Shown: positions 16,644 to 24,731, counted from the stretch's first letter. The stretch: DNA of 33,054 bases from Burkholderiales bacterium (GCA_005788065.1 SXZD01000252.1:1-33054), one strand, 5' to 3'. Program-made: numbers and translations. Notes: generated by a model from the sequence alone, not told the origin.

Positions 16644-16676
16644 GGGGTTCGCGCTTCCTGACCGGCGGCGAACCCC
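16644..16676 (-). terminator. candidate rho-independent terminator downstream of the VCBS-type gene
   Basis: A 9-bp GC-rich stem (GGGGTTCGC / GCGAACCCC) with a ~15-nt loop. On the minus strand it is followed by TTGTTTGTG. It lies 13 nt after the stop at 16689. The loop is long and the U-tract is interrupted. Confidence 0.4.
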
Positions 16677-16688
16677 CACCCTTGACGC

Positions 16689-18287
16689 TCAGGTGATCAG
16701 CGTGGCCAGACTGTAGCTCACATCAATTGCATTGACCGGCTGCACGTTTGCGTTATCGCCGGGCAATACAAACCCCAAATCACTTGGCAGGCTGTCCGGT
16801 GCATCACCGTTCAGATTGTGCGCGCCGTATGCATAGTATTGCGTCGTTTGCAGTCCGCCTTTGATCACCACGCCCAGCAGGTCAGAATTTGCGGTGATGT
16901 TCGCATTCTGCGCCTGCAGCGCCGTCAACAATGACGCGATGGAAACATCCACATCGTCATTGAATGCAGAACCCACATCGATTTTGACCGTGTAATAACC
17001 ATCGCCGTCCGGAGCCGGTTTTACATCACCTGACTCTTGCCTGAATATCAGCGTGATGTTGGAAACATCCTGACCCCACACCGGAAAATCATTGCTGGAA
17101 GGCGGTGGTGGTGGCGGGGGTGGTGGTGGCGGGGGCGGCGGAACATCCGGGTCGCCATCGACAATGAATGTGACAGTCGCCGTATCTTGCGCACCATGGT
17201 TATCCGTCATGGTGTACTGGAAAGAGAGCTTGACCTGCTCTGTGAAAGCCAGATAATCGTATGCGCCGTTGGGGTCAAATGTCCACGTACCGTCGGCATT
17301 GAAAGTGAGATTGCCCTGCCCGTCAAACGAGTTTTCAACCAACGACCATACATGCGTATCAAGCCTGTCCACATCGCTGTCATTGCCCGTAACATCACCG
17401 GTCAGCACATCATCGCGGTGCACCAAACCGCCGTTGTCATCCAGCGCGACGGGGCCATCATTCACGCCGTGAACCGTCACTGTAAACGTGGCTGAATCCG
17501 TGCTCCACGATGTTGTCTCATCCTGATTTCGACCACTGAAGATGAACTCGAAATCGATATGCTCCCCCTCTGAGAGCGGGTCCCCGATATCAGCATCCAA
17601 TACGTACTGGCCATTGCTGCTCAATTGCAAGATTGCAATCGGATCATTCTGGCTCCACAACGTAAGGGGCGTATCGAAATCGCCACCGCTCCACTCAGTC
17701 AAAAGTGTGGAACCCGGCAGATGAACAGCATCAAGCAGATTGCCTGCGACCTGTTGGTCTTCATACACAAGTGCATTCTGGTTGGTCAGATCCAGCGCCA
17801 CAGAAGTCAGCTCCAGCAACTTGGAAGACAGCGATCGATCGCCCCCTTCCGTGCCGACCGACGTAAGACGCACACCGAAGTCAACGTTTGAAAAATCTGC
17901 CAGCGTGAGTGCCCGTGCTGAACTGGACAAGGTGAAACTGTATTGGCGGATGTCATCCGTGCCGATACCGGCTGTACCGACTGCAATGCCCACATCGTAA
18001 CCACCGTCAGAACCCAGAAGGCCTGACATATTCGATCCGTTACCCAAGTCACGGACAGAATCATTGCCAATGCGTAATGTGGCGGATGTTGCAACAACTG
18101 AGAGCGACGACAGAATGCTTTCATCTGCGATATCGAAGAAAATGCCGCGCAGGTCGCCAATCAGGCCAGCACTCTGTGTGATGTTGAAAGACAGAGAACC
18201 ATCTGCACTCTCCGTGATGGTGACCCACACCGCCGGATTGCCGGCGGATGTTGATCGGTCATTGACCTGAAACGTCATGCTACCCAT
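16689..18287 (-). CDS. large acidic VCBS/cadherin-like repeat protein with polyproline linker (probably exported, no Sec signal)
   Basis: I place the start at ATG 18287 (MGSMTFQV), with RBS AAGGGGG 6 nt upstream. The listed TTG at 18326 is less likely. The VCBS-type block is TVTVHGVNDGPVALDD...TGNDSDVD...FNADGTWTFDPNGAYDYLAFTEQVKLSFQYTMTDNHGAQDTATVTFIV. A P14 run follows, then a ~130-aa unassigned C-terminal domain. Confidence 0.6.
   Translation of the reverse strand: MGSMTFQVNDRSTSAGNPAVWVTITESADGSLSFNITQSAGLIGDLRGIFFDIADESILSSLSVVATSATLRIGNDSVRDLGNGSNMSGLLGSDGGYDVGIAVGTAGIGTDDIRQYSFTLSSSARALTLADFSNVDFGVRLTSVGTEGGDRSLSSKLLELTSVALDLTNQNALVYEDQQVAGNLLDAVHLPGSTLLTEWSGGDFDTPLTLWSQNDPIAILQLSSNGQYVLDADIGDPLSEGEHIDFEFIFSGRNQDETTSWSTDSATFTVTVHGVNDGPVALDDNGGLVHRDDVLTGDVTGNDSDVDRLDTHVWSLVENSFDGQGNLTFNADGTWTFDPNGAYDYLAFTEQVKLSFQYTMTDNHGAQDTATVTFIVDGDPDVPPPPPPPPPPPPPPSSNDFPVWGQDVSNITLIFRQESGDVKPAPDGDGYYTVKIDVGSAFNDDVDVSIASLLTALQAQNANITANSDLLGVVIKGGLQTTQYYAYGAHNLNGDAPDSLPSDLGFVLPGDNANVQPVNAIDVSYSLATLIT
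17100..17141 (-). repeat. 14 consecutive proline codons (low-complexity GGN/CCN tract) inside the VCBS-type gene
   Basis: Read directly on the plus strand as aggcggtggtggtggcgggggtggtggtggcgggggcggcgg. It contains an internal near-duplication, ggtggtggtggcggggg x2. Confidence 0.9.
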
Positions 18288-18332
18288 ACAGAACCCCCTT
18301 GTCGGATACGTCTGAGATGGGTTCAATGTAGT

Positions 18333-18344
18333 TGAGTTAACTCA
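18333..18344. promoter_or_regulatory. perfect 12-bp palindrome TGAGTTAACTCA upstream of the VCBS-type gene
   Basis: Seen directly in the sequence, about 46 nt upstream of ATG 18287 in the 61-nt gap after the PNPOx-like gene's stop. It may be an operator or may be chance. Confidence 0.2.
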
Positions 18345-18388
18345 GCATGACGGTGCGTTAAATGACAATGCGACTGGGACACCAAGCG

Positions 18389-18943
18389 CTAGGGAACCAG
18401 ACGCGCCTGCTGCCAGACCTGCGTTGACGCACTCCATTCAAAGCGTTGCCGCATATGCTCATCGCGGGCCAGTTTAAGGCTGTCGATCAGATCAACAACG
18501 ACATTGAGAACAACAAAATGGCGACGTGCCACGGCGAGGTCATAGCCGCCCTGCCCGGGGTCGGCCAAGACAACACCCGGCGCGTCCGTACTGCCGTAGT
18601 CGCGGCGTGCATGGTCGGGTATTGACTGCCAATAAGATTCGATACGCGCGGGGTCCTGCTCGGCTGCAGCCAAGCCAGTGGCACGTAGTTGCAGATTGTG
18701 CTGCGGGTTCCAGAACAGCAGCGCCACCTGCTCGCACCGGGCAATGTGCTGCATTTTTTCGCTACGGCTGTCAGTGAAAAAAACAAGTTGCCGTTGTGCT
18801 GGCAGCACCTTTCGCAAAATGACGCTGCGAGCGGCGGGGCCTTGTTCGCTTGCGGTGCAGAAACCCACTACCCGCCAGGGATGCCTGCGGTCAACGCTGG
18901 CACGCACGAGGGTCTGCCATGTTTCATCCACTGACAGCGTCAT
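18389..18943 (-). CDS. pyridoxamine 5'-phosphate oxidase (PNPOx)-like FMN-binding family protein
   Basis: 184 aa with the split-barrel family pattern (ARSVILRKV...LVFFTDSRSEKMQHI...VALLFWNPQHNLQLRATG...YWQSIP). It starts 34 nt after the AAA+ gene's stop. Confidence 0.65.
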   Translation of the reverse strand: MTLSVDETWQTLVRASVDRRHPWRVVGFCTASEQGPAARSVILRKVLPAQRQLVFFTDSRSEKMQHIARCEQVALLFWNPQHNLQLRATGLAAAEQDPARIESYWQSIPDHARRDYGSTDAPGVVLADPGQGGYDLAVARRHFVVLNVVVDLIDSLKLARDEHMRQRFEWSASTQVWQQARLVP

Positions 18944-18977
18944 CGCCCCCCCTGCAATTGGATTTGTTCAGTCACTC

Positions 18978-20423
18978 TCACCCCAACTCCCGCAGGCTCT
19001 CTGCAATAGCCCATCTCATATCGCATTCTTCGAGTGTCATCAAGTGCGAATCTGACACGGTGTCCAAAGAGGACGCTCCCGCCAGACGATCGGCCTGCGC
19101 CATGGTGGCTTTCTCAAAACAGTTACGCACGAAGCGCGCATTGCCCGACTCGATCACATGTCGGTGCGCCTGATCCTGCATCAAGACGCGGGCCAAGCGG
19201 ACCGCATCCGGTGTCAGCGTCATGCCGTATCGCGCTGCGATACGCAGCAAAATGTCGCACAACTGCGCTGCATCATAATCTTCAAAATTGAAGTAGCGGG
19301 TGAAGCGCGATTTGAGACCGGGGTTGGATTGTATGAAGGTCTGCATGCGGTCGGTATAACCCGCCACAATGACCACCAGACTGTCGCGTCGGTCTTCCAT
19401 CAGTTTCAACAGGGTTTCGATCGCCTCGCCGCCGAAATCATTTTCTCCACGCACCAGCGCATAGGCCTCATCAATGAACAGTACACCCTCATCGGCTTGA
19501 TTGACGACACGCTTGACCTTCAAGGCGGTCTGCCCCACATAGGCTGCCACCAAACCGCTACGGTCGGTCTCAACCAGATGTCCTTTTTTCAATACGCCGA
19601 GTGCCTTGAATATGCGGGCGAGCAAACGCGCCACGGTGGTTTTGCCGGTACCGGGGCCACCGTAAAACACCATGTGACGCGTCACGTCCAGTTGCGGCAG
19701 ACTGCGCTGGCTGCGCAGCCGATTGACCTGCAACAGGTTTACAAGACTGATGACCTCTGCCTTGACGTTATCAAGACCGACCAATTGGGACAATTCGGAG
19801 AGCGCTGCATCCAGCGCGTCTTTCGATGCCACATCGTCGGACACTGCTTGTGCTGACGTGTTTAGTGGCGACCTTAGTGACGGGTTTAATGACGGGTTTA
19901 ATGACGGGTTTAATGACGGGTTTGACATGCGGGGCAATTGCTCCTGTGTTTGTGCTTCCGCGCTGCCATCCAGGCCTGCCATGAATCGCAGTACATCATC
20001 GGCATGGGCCGTTCCCTCTAACGTATCCGAGTCGCGCAGCAAAGCGACCGAGCGTGGGCAGGGTTCCAGTATTTCTCGCAGATAGGCAATGTAGTCGGGC
20101 GACTGCAGCATGGACTTCCAGACGCGCATGCGCCCCCGTACCGATATGTCGCCACTCTCGTCGCTGCGCTCCTCACCGCGGACACGGTCCATCCACGTTT
20201 CAAGCTCTGCAATCCACTGTCCCTGTTGCGCAGTCAACTCCGCACAGTCTTTCCAGAACCATTGCTGCAGGTAGTAGACGTCTCCGAGCAAAAGAGCAAA
20301 CGCAGCGGCCCGGTCGGTTTCGTCCGGTGCCTCATCCACTTTCATGGCAGCAGCCAAGGCGGGCCCGACCCGAGCATTCAGGGCAGTCAGCTCTTTTTCA
20401 AACTGGCTGAAAGTCGGTTGCAT
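18978..20423 (-). CDS. AAA+ ATPase of the CbbX/SpoVK/EccA clade with an unassigned ~230-aa N-terminal domain
   Basis: 481 aa. Motifs: Walker A FYGGPGTGKTTVA, Walker B VLFIDEAYAL, sensor/arginine region VVIVAGYTDRM...NPGLKSRF. The N-terminal region is unrecognised and contains an (NPSL)4 repeat. The ATG lies 3 nt after the higA-like stop. Confidence 0.85.
   Translation of the reverse strand: MQPTFSQFEKELTALNARVGPALAAAMKVDEAPDETDRAAAFALLLGDVYYLQQWFWKDCAELTAQQGQWIAELETWMDRVRGEERSDESGDISVRGRMRVWKSMLQSPDYIAYLREILEPCPRSVALLRDSDTLEGTAHADDVLRFMAGLDGSAEAQTQEQLPRMSNPSLNPSLNPSLNPSLRSPLNTSAQAVSDDVASKDALDAALSELSQLVGLDNVKAEVISLVNLLQVNRLRSQRSLPQLDVTRHMVFYGGPGTGKTTVARLLARIFKALGVLKKGHLVETDRSGLVAAYVGQTALKVKRVVNQADEGVLFIDEAYALVRGENDFGGEAIETLLKLMEDRRDSLVVIVAGYTDRMQTFIQSNPGLKSRFTRYFNFEDYDAAQLCDILLRIAARYGMTLTPDAVRLARVLMQDQAHRHVIESGNARFVRNCFEKATMAQADRLAGASSLDTVSDSHLMTLEECDMRWAIAESLRELG
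19867..19926. repeat. in-frame 12-bp tandem repeat (gacgggtttaat x3, plus one near-copy and one more degenerate flanking copy) encoding NPSL repeats
   Basis: Three perfect units lie at 19879-19914. A degenerate unit sits on each side. The translation is SNPSLNPSLNPSLNPSLRSPLN within the AAA+ N-terminal region. Confidence 0.9.
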
Positions 20424-20426
20424 ATC

Positions 20427-20765
20427 TCAACCAGCGCCCAACGAGAAAGAGCCGCCAGAAACCACTTCAAGAATGGCCTTTGGATTTGACTGCGCAATGG
20501 CCAACAGCGTTCGCGCTGCGCCGCTTGGCTGCTTTCTGCCCTGCTCCCATCCTTGCAAGGTTCGAACCGATACGCCCAAAAGTGCTGCAAACTGCGACTG
20601 TGACAAGCCGGTCTTCTGCCGGGCTTCAACGACTGGAGAACAAACCACCTGAGTGTGCCCCGATTTCATCTCCTTGACCGCTTGGAGGAGATCTGCGGCA
20701 AGATCACGCTGCGATTCATATGCAGCGAGCTTTTCATCATTCAAGGGTTTGCGTCTGGAGGGCAT
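20427..20765 (-). CDS. higA: HigA-2-like HTH (XRE/YiaG-type) antitoxin
   Basis: The start is set at MPSRRKPLNDEKL (ATG 20765), with a strong RBS AAGGAG 7 nt upstream. The HTH is LSQSQFAALLGVSVRTLQGWEQGRKQPSGAARTLL. It overlaps the toxin's 3' end by 29 nt. Confidence 0.7.
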   Translation of the reverse strand: MPSRRKPLNDEKLAAYESQRDLAADLLQAVKEMKSGHTQVVCSPVVEARQKTGLSQSQFAALLGVSVRTLQGWEQGRKQPSGAARTLLAIAQSNPKAILEVVSGGSFSLGAG

Positions 20766-21060
20766 TTCGAATCTCCTTAAGTTTGGAAGCGCTGAGGTTT
20801 TCAGTTCGCGATTTGGCATGTAGCGTGAGCAACACGATCTCGCAATTCTCGTTCAGAACAAAGTAGATCACCCGCACGCCAGCCGATTTGCCTGCGCCAG
20901 ACCTTGCCCAGCGCACTTTTCTGATACCTCCCGACTGAGGTACTACATCGCCTGCACCTGGGTGCAGTGCGATAAACGATGCAAAGTCGGCACGCTCATC
21001 TTCAGACCAATACAAGGGCCACTGTCGCTGGAACAAGCGCGTCTCGACCACGGTAAACAT
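20737..21060 (-). CDS. higB: HigB-2/RelE-superfamily toxin (COG4737-like)
   Basis: The start is set at MFTVVETRLF (ATG 21060). The signature GGIRKVRWARSGAGKSAGVRVIYFV...LLTLHAKS is present. The toxin-first gene order is typical of higBA. Confidence 0.7.
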   Translation of the reverse strand: MFTVVETRLFQRQWPLYWSEDERADFASFIALHPGAGDVVPQSGGIRKVRWARSGAGKSAGVRVIYFVLNENCEIVLLTLHAKSRTENLSASKLKEIRNALQTQTLE

Positions 21061-21073
21061 CCCGATCATACTC

Positions 21074-21110
21074 CCAAGGCGTATAGCTTTCAAGATTGAA
21101 AGCCTCTTGG
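21074..21110. promoter_or_regulatory. extended palindrome (CCAAG...GCTTTCAA-GA-TTGAAAGC...CTTGG), a candidate higBA operator and/or terminator hairpin
   Basis: Perfect 8-bp arms at 21086-21103 sit inside 5-bp outer arms. The element lies 14-50 nt upstream of the higB ATG and 49 nt downstream of the hydrolase stop. Confidence 0.4.
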
Positions 21111-21158
21111 CTTTATGTGGTCACACAAGCGCTACTTGTTCCATGCAAACTCTCAGTA

Positions 21159-22085
21159 TTAACCCTTGTGAGAATATGCGACGCTGGTATGCACCCACTC
21201 CAGTATGCCCTTGGTAACCGCATCGGGGGCCTCGCACTGCGGATAATGACCGATACCCGGTAACTCCACGCAGTCGACAGGCCCGAGCAACTCGCGATAG
21301 CGCGCCACCATGTGCGCACCGGAGACCGGATCATCCAGACCATTGATCAGGCGGATCGGAACGGGACTGTCGCGCAGCGCGCCCAGCCAGTCCTCACGCC
21401 GACGACGGCGGTCCGCTATATAGCGGATCAACCGGTGAAAATTCCGATGTCCGTTCTTGTGCGATACCAGTTGCCAGAAGTATGCGAGTTCCTCGGCAGA
21501 TGGCTGCGTGTTGGCAGCGAATACGGCGGCAAATGACCGGTAAAAAGCGGTCTCGTTGCCCAGCCTCGCGATCAGCCAACCCATCGGTGAATGCAATAGC
21601 TTCTGGATGAAACGGGCGCGGTGCGTTTCCGGAAACAGACCGCCGTTGAGAAAGAGCATGCCCTGTGATAGCCATGGGCGTGCCGGTCCATCCGTTCTCT
21701 GACGATGCAAAATTTCTTGCCCGATGCTCACACCATAATCATGTACGACCGTGATGGCGCGTTTGACGCCCATGCGTGAAAGTACCGCATCGACAAGATC
21801 CGTCTGCTGCTCGATGCTGTAATCGAAATCAGCCGGTTTGTCAGAAAAACCGAAACCCAGCAGATCCATGGCCACAACGCGGTGGCGTTCGCCAAGTGCG
21901 GGCCAGATCGCCTGAAAATCCCATGTCGACGTCGGAAATCCGTGGATGAGCACGATGGTTGGAACATCGCCACCGGGCGGCACGCCTGCGGGCAGAGTGT
22001 CGCGGCAGAACACCTGGAACCCCCTCCAGTCCATATAAAACCCGGACAGCTTCCAATCGGCTGGCCTCATCAATACGTGCGCCAC
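21159..22085 (-). CDS. alpha/beta-fold hydrolase (epoxide hydrolase / haloalkane dehalogenase-like, Asp nucleophile HDYG)
   Basis: 308 aa. It has the oxyanion motif VLIHGFPTSTWDF and the nucleophile elbow VVHDYGVSIG. A C-terminal His is present in GIGHYPQCE. The GTG start has RBS GGGAG about 8 nt upstream. Confidence 0.85.
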   Translation of the reverse strand: MAHVLMRPADWKLSGFYMDWRGFQVFCRDTLPAGVPPGGDVPTIVLIHGFPTSTWDFQAIWPALGERHRVVAMDLLGFGFSDKPADFDYSIEQQTDLVDAVLSRMGVKRAITVVHDYGVSIGQEILHRQRTDGPARPWLSQGMLFLNGGLFPETHRARFIQKLLHSPMGWLIARLGNETAFYRSFAAVFAANTQPSAEELAYFWQLVSHKNGHRNFHRLIRYIADRRRRREDWLGALRDSPVPIRLINGLDDPVSGAHMVARYRELLGPVDCVELPGIGHYPQCEAPDAVTKGILEWVHTSVAYSHKG

Positions 22086-22172
22086 ATCCAGTCTCCCTCT
22101 TTGACATCGCGATTTGCAGTTTAACCCCAGACGCTTGAAGTGATGATGGTATGCACGCGCGACTTGAAAAAC

Positions 22173-23363
22173 TCAGAGCAAACGCCGCAATCCCACCAAA
22201 CCCAGAAGCGGTCCGGGCAACAGAAACCAGGCGACATGCACACCCATGTCGCCAACCCATTTCATGCCCAACTGTATCGATACGACTGTGATCGCAAATC
22301 CGACGGCATTCTGAAATGCCAATGCACTGCCCACCATCTGCGGCGGGCAGGCCTTGGCTGACAGCGCCGAGTAATGCGGCGAGTCAGCAATCGCCGATAC
22401 GCTCCAGACCAGCAGCAGCAACCACTTGCACCAGAGCGGCCACCCCACCGCAAACGGAAACAGCGCACAACACACGACGGAACCGGCAAGCGCCAACGCT
22501 GCGACGCGCGCACTGCCGATGCGTCGGCTGAGCACGCCACCCAGCACGCAACCAGCCGCGCCCACACCGATGATGACAAACGCCGACATCGACTGTGCGG
22601 CACTAGCGGGCTGCGCCATCTGCATGAGACTGAGCAAGGCCGGTATCAGCGCCCAGAACGCATACAGTTCCCATTGATGTCCGAAATAGCCCAATGCCGA
22701 TGCCCGAAAAGCGGGTATGGAAAACGTGCGGAACACATCGCCCCATTTGACGCCGTGCTGCACGCGCTTCAGATGGGGACCATCGCCCAACGCATGAATC
22801 ATGCATGCGGCCAACGCAGCGAGTGCGGATGCCAGCAGCAATGGCCACTGCCACGGCAAGCCACCGCCCAGCGCCCTGAAACCATGTGGCAGCGAGATGC
22901 CCAGGGTCAGCATGCCCACCAGCCATGCCAACGCGGCACCGGCCTTGTCTGGCATCCAACTGACCACCAGTTTCATGCCCAATGGATAAATACCGGCAAG
23001 ACAAAGACCCACCAGGAACCGGATGAGCATGCCACCGGCCAGTCCCTGCGCAAAGAACACGAATGATGCATTCAGGGCTGCACCCGTGATGGCACATACC
23101 GAGAAAATGCGACTGGCCGGGAACCGGTCTGCCAGACCGGTAATGGAAAAAATCAAGGTGCCCGTGATGAAGCCGATCTGCACCGCGTTGGTCAAGGTAC
23201 CGATGTCAGCCAGTGTCATGCCCCAGGCCAGCATGAGATCGTCAGCCGCACTGTTGGCAGAAAACCAGAGCGATGTGCCAAACAGTTGTGCCACCACGAT
23301 GGGAACAAGCGGACTGTCGGCGATACGGGCGCGGGTCAGACTGGGTTGACCCCGGCCGCTCAT
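22173..23363 (-). CDS. MFS transporter
   Basis: 396 aa, with 12 hydrophobic segments by eye. The ATG forms an ATGA overlap with the yaeQ stop. Confidence 0.8.
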   Translation of the reverse strand: MSGRGQPSLTRARIADSPLVPIVVAQLFGTSLWFSANSAADDLMLAWGMTLADIGTLTNAVQIGFITGTLIFSITGLADRFPASRIFSVCAITGAALNASFVFFAQGLAGGMLIRFLVGLCLAGIYPLGMKLVVSWMPDKAGAALAWLVGMLTLGISLPHGFRALGGGLPWQWPLLLASALAALAACMIHALGDGPHLKRVQHGVKWGDVFRTFSIPAFRASALGYFGHQWELYAFWALIPALLSLMQMAQPASAAQSMSAFVIIGVGAAGCVLGGVLSRRIGSARVAALALAGSVVCCALFPFAVGWPLWCKWLLLLVWSVSAIADSPHYSALSAKACPPQMVGSALAFQNAVGFAITVVSIQLGMKWVGDMGVHVAWFLLPGPLLGLVGLRRLL

Positions 23364-23890
23364 GGCGCGTCCAACGCTTCAACGCGCACGCTGTCCTCCC
23401 CGATGTAGACCAGGCCCTCCTGTATGGTCCACGACAGTTGCATGTTGCGTTGCGCCAGTTTGACCAATTTCGCACAATCCTCGGGGCTGACCTGAAGCAT
23501 CGAAAAATTGTTCAGGCGAGCCAATGCAGACCTGTTCTGCTCGCGCCACAGGTCAACAGCACGACCGCCATAAGCCAGCAGCACAACGCGCCCGGACCGG
23601 CCACAGGCCTTGCGCAACCGCGACTCGTCCGGCAAGCCGAGCTCGATCCACAGCCGTATGACGCCTGCGGGGTCTATCTCCCACAGGGCCGGCTCATCAT
23701 CGGTGGAGATGCCTTTGCCGAATCGCAGATCTTCACTGGCATGCAATGCAAATGCGAGCAGGCGCAGCATGACCCGCTCGGAGGTTTCAGACGGGTGCTG
23801 CGCCACCGTCAACGAATAGTCCGCAAAATGCGAACGATCCAGATCTGAAACGGTCAGAGCCACCTTCCACACCGTCGATTTCAATGCCAT
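23360..23890 (-). CDS. yaeQ: YaeQ family protein (PD-(D/E)XK-like fold family)
   Basis: The start is set at [22 protein letters not shown] (ATG 23890, RBS GGGAGG upstream). This is near-identical in pattern to the E. coli YaeQ N-terminus MALKATIYKA..ADLDRN; [16 protein letters not shown] is also conserved. Confidence 0.85.
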   Translation of the reverse strand: MALKSTVWKVALTVSDLDRSHFADYSLTVAQHPSETSERVMLRLLAFALHASEDLRFGKGISTDDEPALWEIDPAGVIRLWIELGLPDESRLRKACGRSGRVVLLAYGGRAVDLWREQNRSALARLNNFSMLQVSPEDCAKLVKLAQRNMQLSWTIQEGLVYIGEDSVRVEALDAP

Positions 23891-23991
23891 GCGTGAGCAC
23901 CTCCCAAACAAGCCGGGATTGTAAAGCACTGAACCCTACCTCGCTGCCTGCGCTCGCGCGGCACTCCTGCAGAACGGAAGCAAGCCTAAAA

Positions 23992-24011
23992 TACTGTATG
24001 AAAAAACAGTA
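23992..24011. promoter_or_regulatory. LexA (SOS) box TACTGTATGAAAAAACAGTA
   Basis: A perfect match to TACTGT-N8-ACAGTA (core CTGT-N8-ACAG) in the yaeQ / vapB divergent spacer. It lies 102 nt from the yaeQ ATG and 143 nt from the vapB ATG. A TAAAAT hexamer abuts it on the plus strand (23987-23992). Confidence 0.6.
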
Positions 24012-24101
24012 CACTGCGCTTGTCATTTTTGAACAAACAACCCCTGCGAAGCAAATTGCCACGACGATGAGCGACCCGAGCACACATTCACACCTTGCAT
24101 T

Positions 24102-24141
24102 TGCATCAAAAATGATGCATTGTGGCATCAATCATGATGTC
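24102..24141 (+). promoter_or_regulatory. candidate VapB operator: inverted repeat TGCATCA-AAAA-TGATGCA plus a second imperfect copy GCATCA-ATCA-TGATGT
   Basis: Perfect 7-bp arms at 24102-24119 and an imperfect repeat at 24125-24140, both directly upstream of the vapB ATG (24154). This is the typical position for TA autoregulation. Confidence 0.4.
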
Positions 24142-24153
24142 AGCGAGAACAAC

Positions 24154-24357
24154 ATGCGCACCACAGTCAGCATCGACGACGAATTGTATGAACGGGCCCT
24201 GGAGTTGGCAGACCCCGCCATGGAGAAAGCGGACCTGTTTCGTGAAGCCATCAAAACCTTCATCCGCATGCAGGCAGCCAAGCGACTTGCGGCAATGGGA
24301 GGCGCACAACCCGACATGCCCGCCATCCCCAGACGGCGGCCCGGCAAGTCATCATGA
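24154..24357 (+). CDS. vapB: VapB-type ribbon-helix-helix antitoxin
   Basis: 67 aa from [18 protein letters not shown] to the C-terminal ...[10 protein letters not shown]. The TGA overlaps the vapC ATG as ATGA. The listed ORF 23884..24357 is an in-frame upstream extension with no family support. Confidence 0.75.
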   Translation: MRTTVSIDDELYERALELADPAMEKADLFREAIKTFIRMQAAKRLAAMGGAQPDMPAIPRRRPGKSS

Positions 24358-24731
24358 AAAATGTTCTGGTAGACGCTTCTGTCTGGGTGTCCCATTTCAG
24401 ACGCCCAGACCCTGAATTGGTACAACTGCTGCTTCTGGACAGGGTTCTGGTTCATCCGCTTGTGATCGGCGAAATTGCGTGCGGCACGCCTCCTGACCGA
24501 CATCAAACACTTCAAAACCTGCGCTCGCTTCGCAAGGCACACCAGGCCAGCCTGGACGAGACGCTCGGCTTCATGGAGCAGCGCAGACTGTACGGGCGCG
24601 GATGCGGATTGACCGATATTGCCCTGCTCGCTTCGGTGAAACTCAGCCCTGCTGCGCGGCTCTGGACTGCTGACAAACGACTGTCTGCTCTTGCAAGTGA
24701 GCTCGATGTCAACCACCTGCCGGTTCACTGA
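24354..24731 (+). CDS. vapC: VapC PIN-domain ribonuclease toxin
   Basis: 125 aa. The PIN acidic residues are in their usual positions: VLVDASVW (D7), VIGEIACG (E), GLTDIALL (D), LWTADKRL (D). Confidence 0.85.
   Translation: MKNVLVDASVWVSHFRRPDPELVQLLLLDRVLVHPLVIGEIACGTPPDRHQTLQNLRSLRKAHQASLDETLGFMEQRRLYGRGCGLTDIALLASVKLSPAARLWTADKRLSALASELDVNHLPVH

Noticed and set aside
16482-16679. 65-aa minus-strand ORF between the DUF962 gene and the VCBS-type gene.
   Set aside because: It has no RBS and no recognisable motif. It overlaps the candidate terminator hairpin and the likely DUF962 promoter region.
19867-19926. Considered whether the 12-bp repeat here and the 13-bp repeat at 32352-32400 could be CRISPR arrays or minisatellite-type mobile element ends.
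   Set aside because: The units are directly adjacent with no spacers, are far shorter than CRISPR repeats, and no cas genes are present. One lies in-frame inside a CDS.
23884-24153. In-frame upstream extension of vapB. It includes an ATG (23998) inside the LexA box that would give a 120-aa VapB.
   Set aside because: VapB-family proteins start at MRTT…. The extension has no RBS and no family resemblance, and the candidate VapB operators lie inside it. I keep it only as an alternative in the LexA-box finding.
18978-24731. Considered calling the TA-rich stretch (higBA, vapBC) a genomic island or integrated mobile element.
   Set aside because: I could find no integrase, transposase, tRNA attachment site, flanking direct repeats or phage genes. 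The housekeeping-type genes yaeQ, the MFS transporter and the hydrolase are interspersed.
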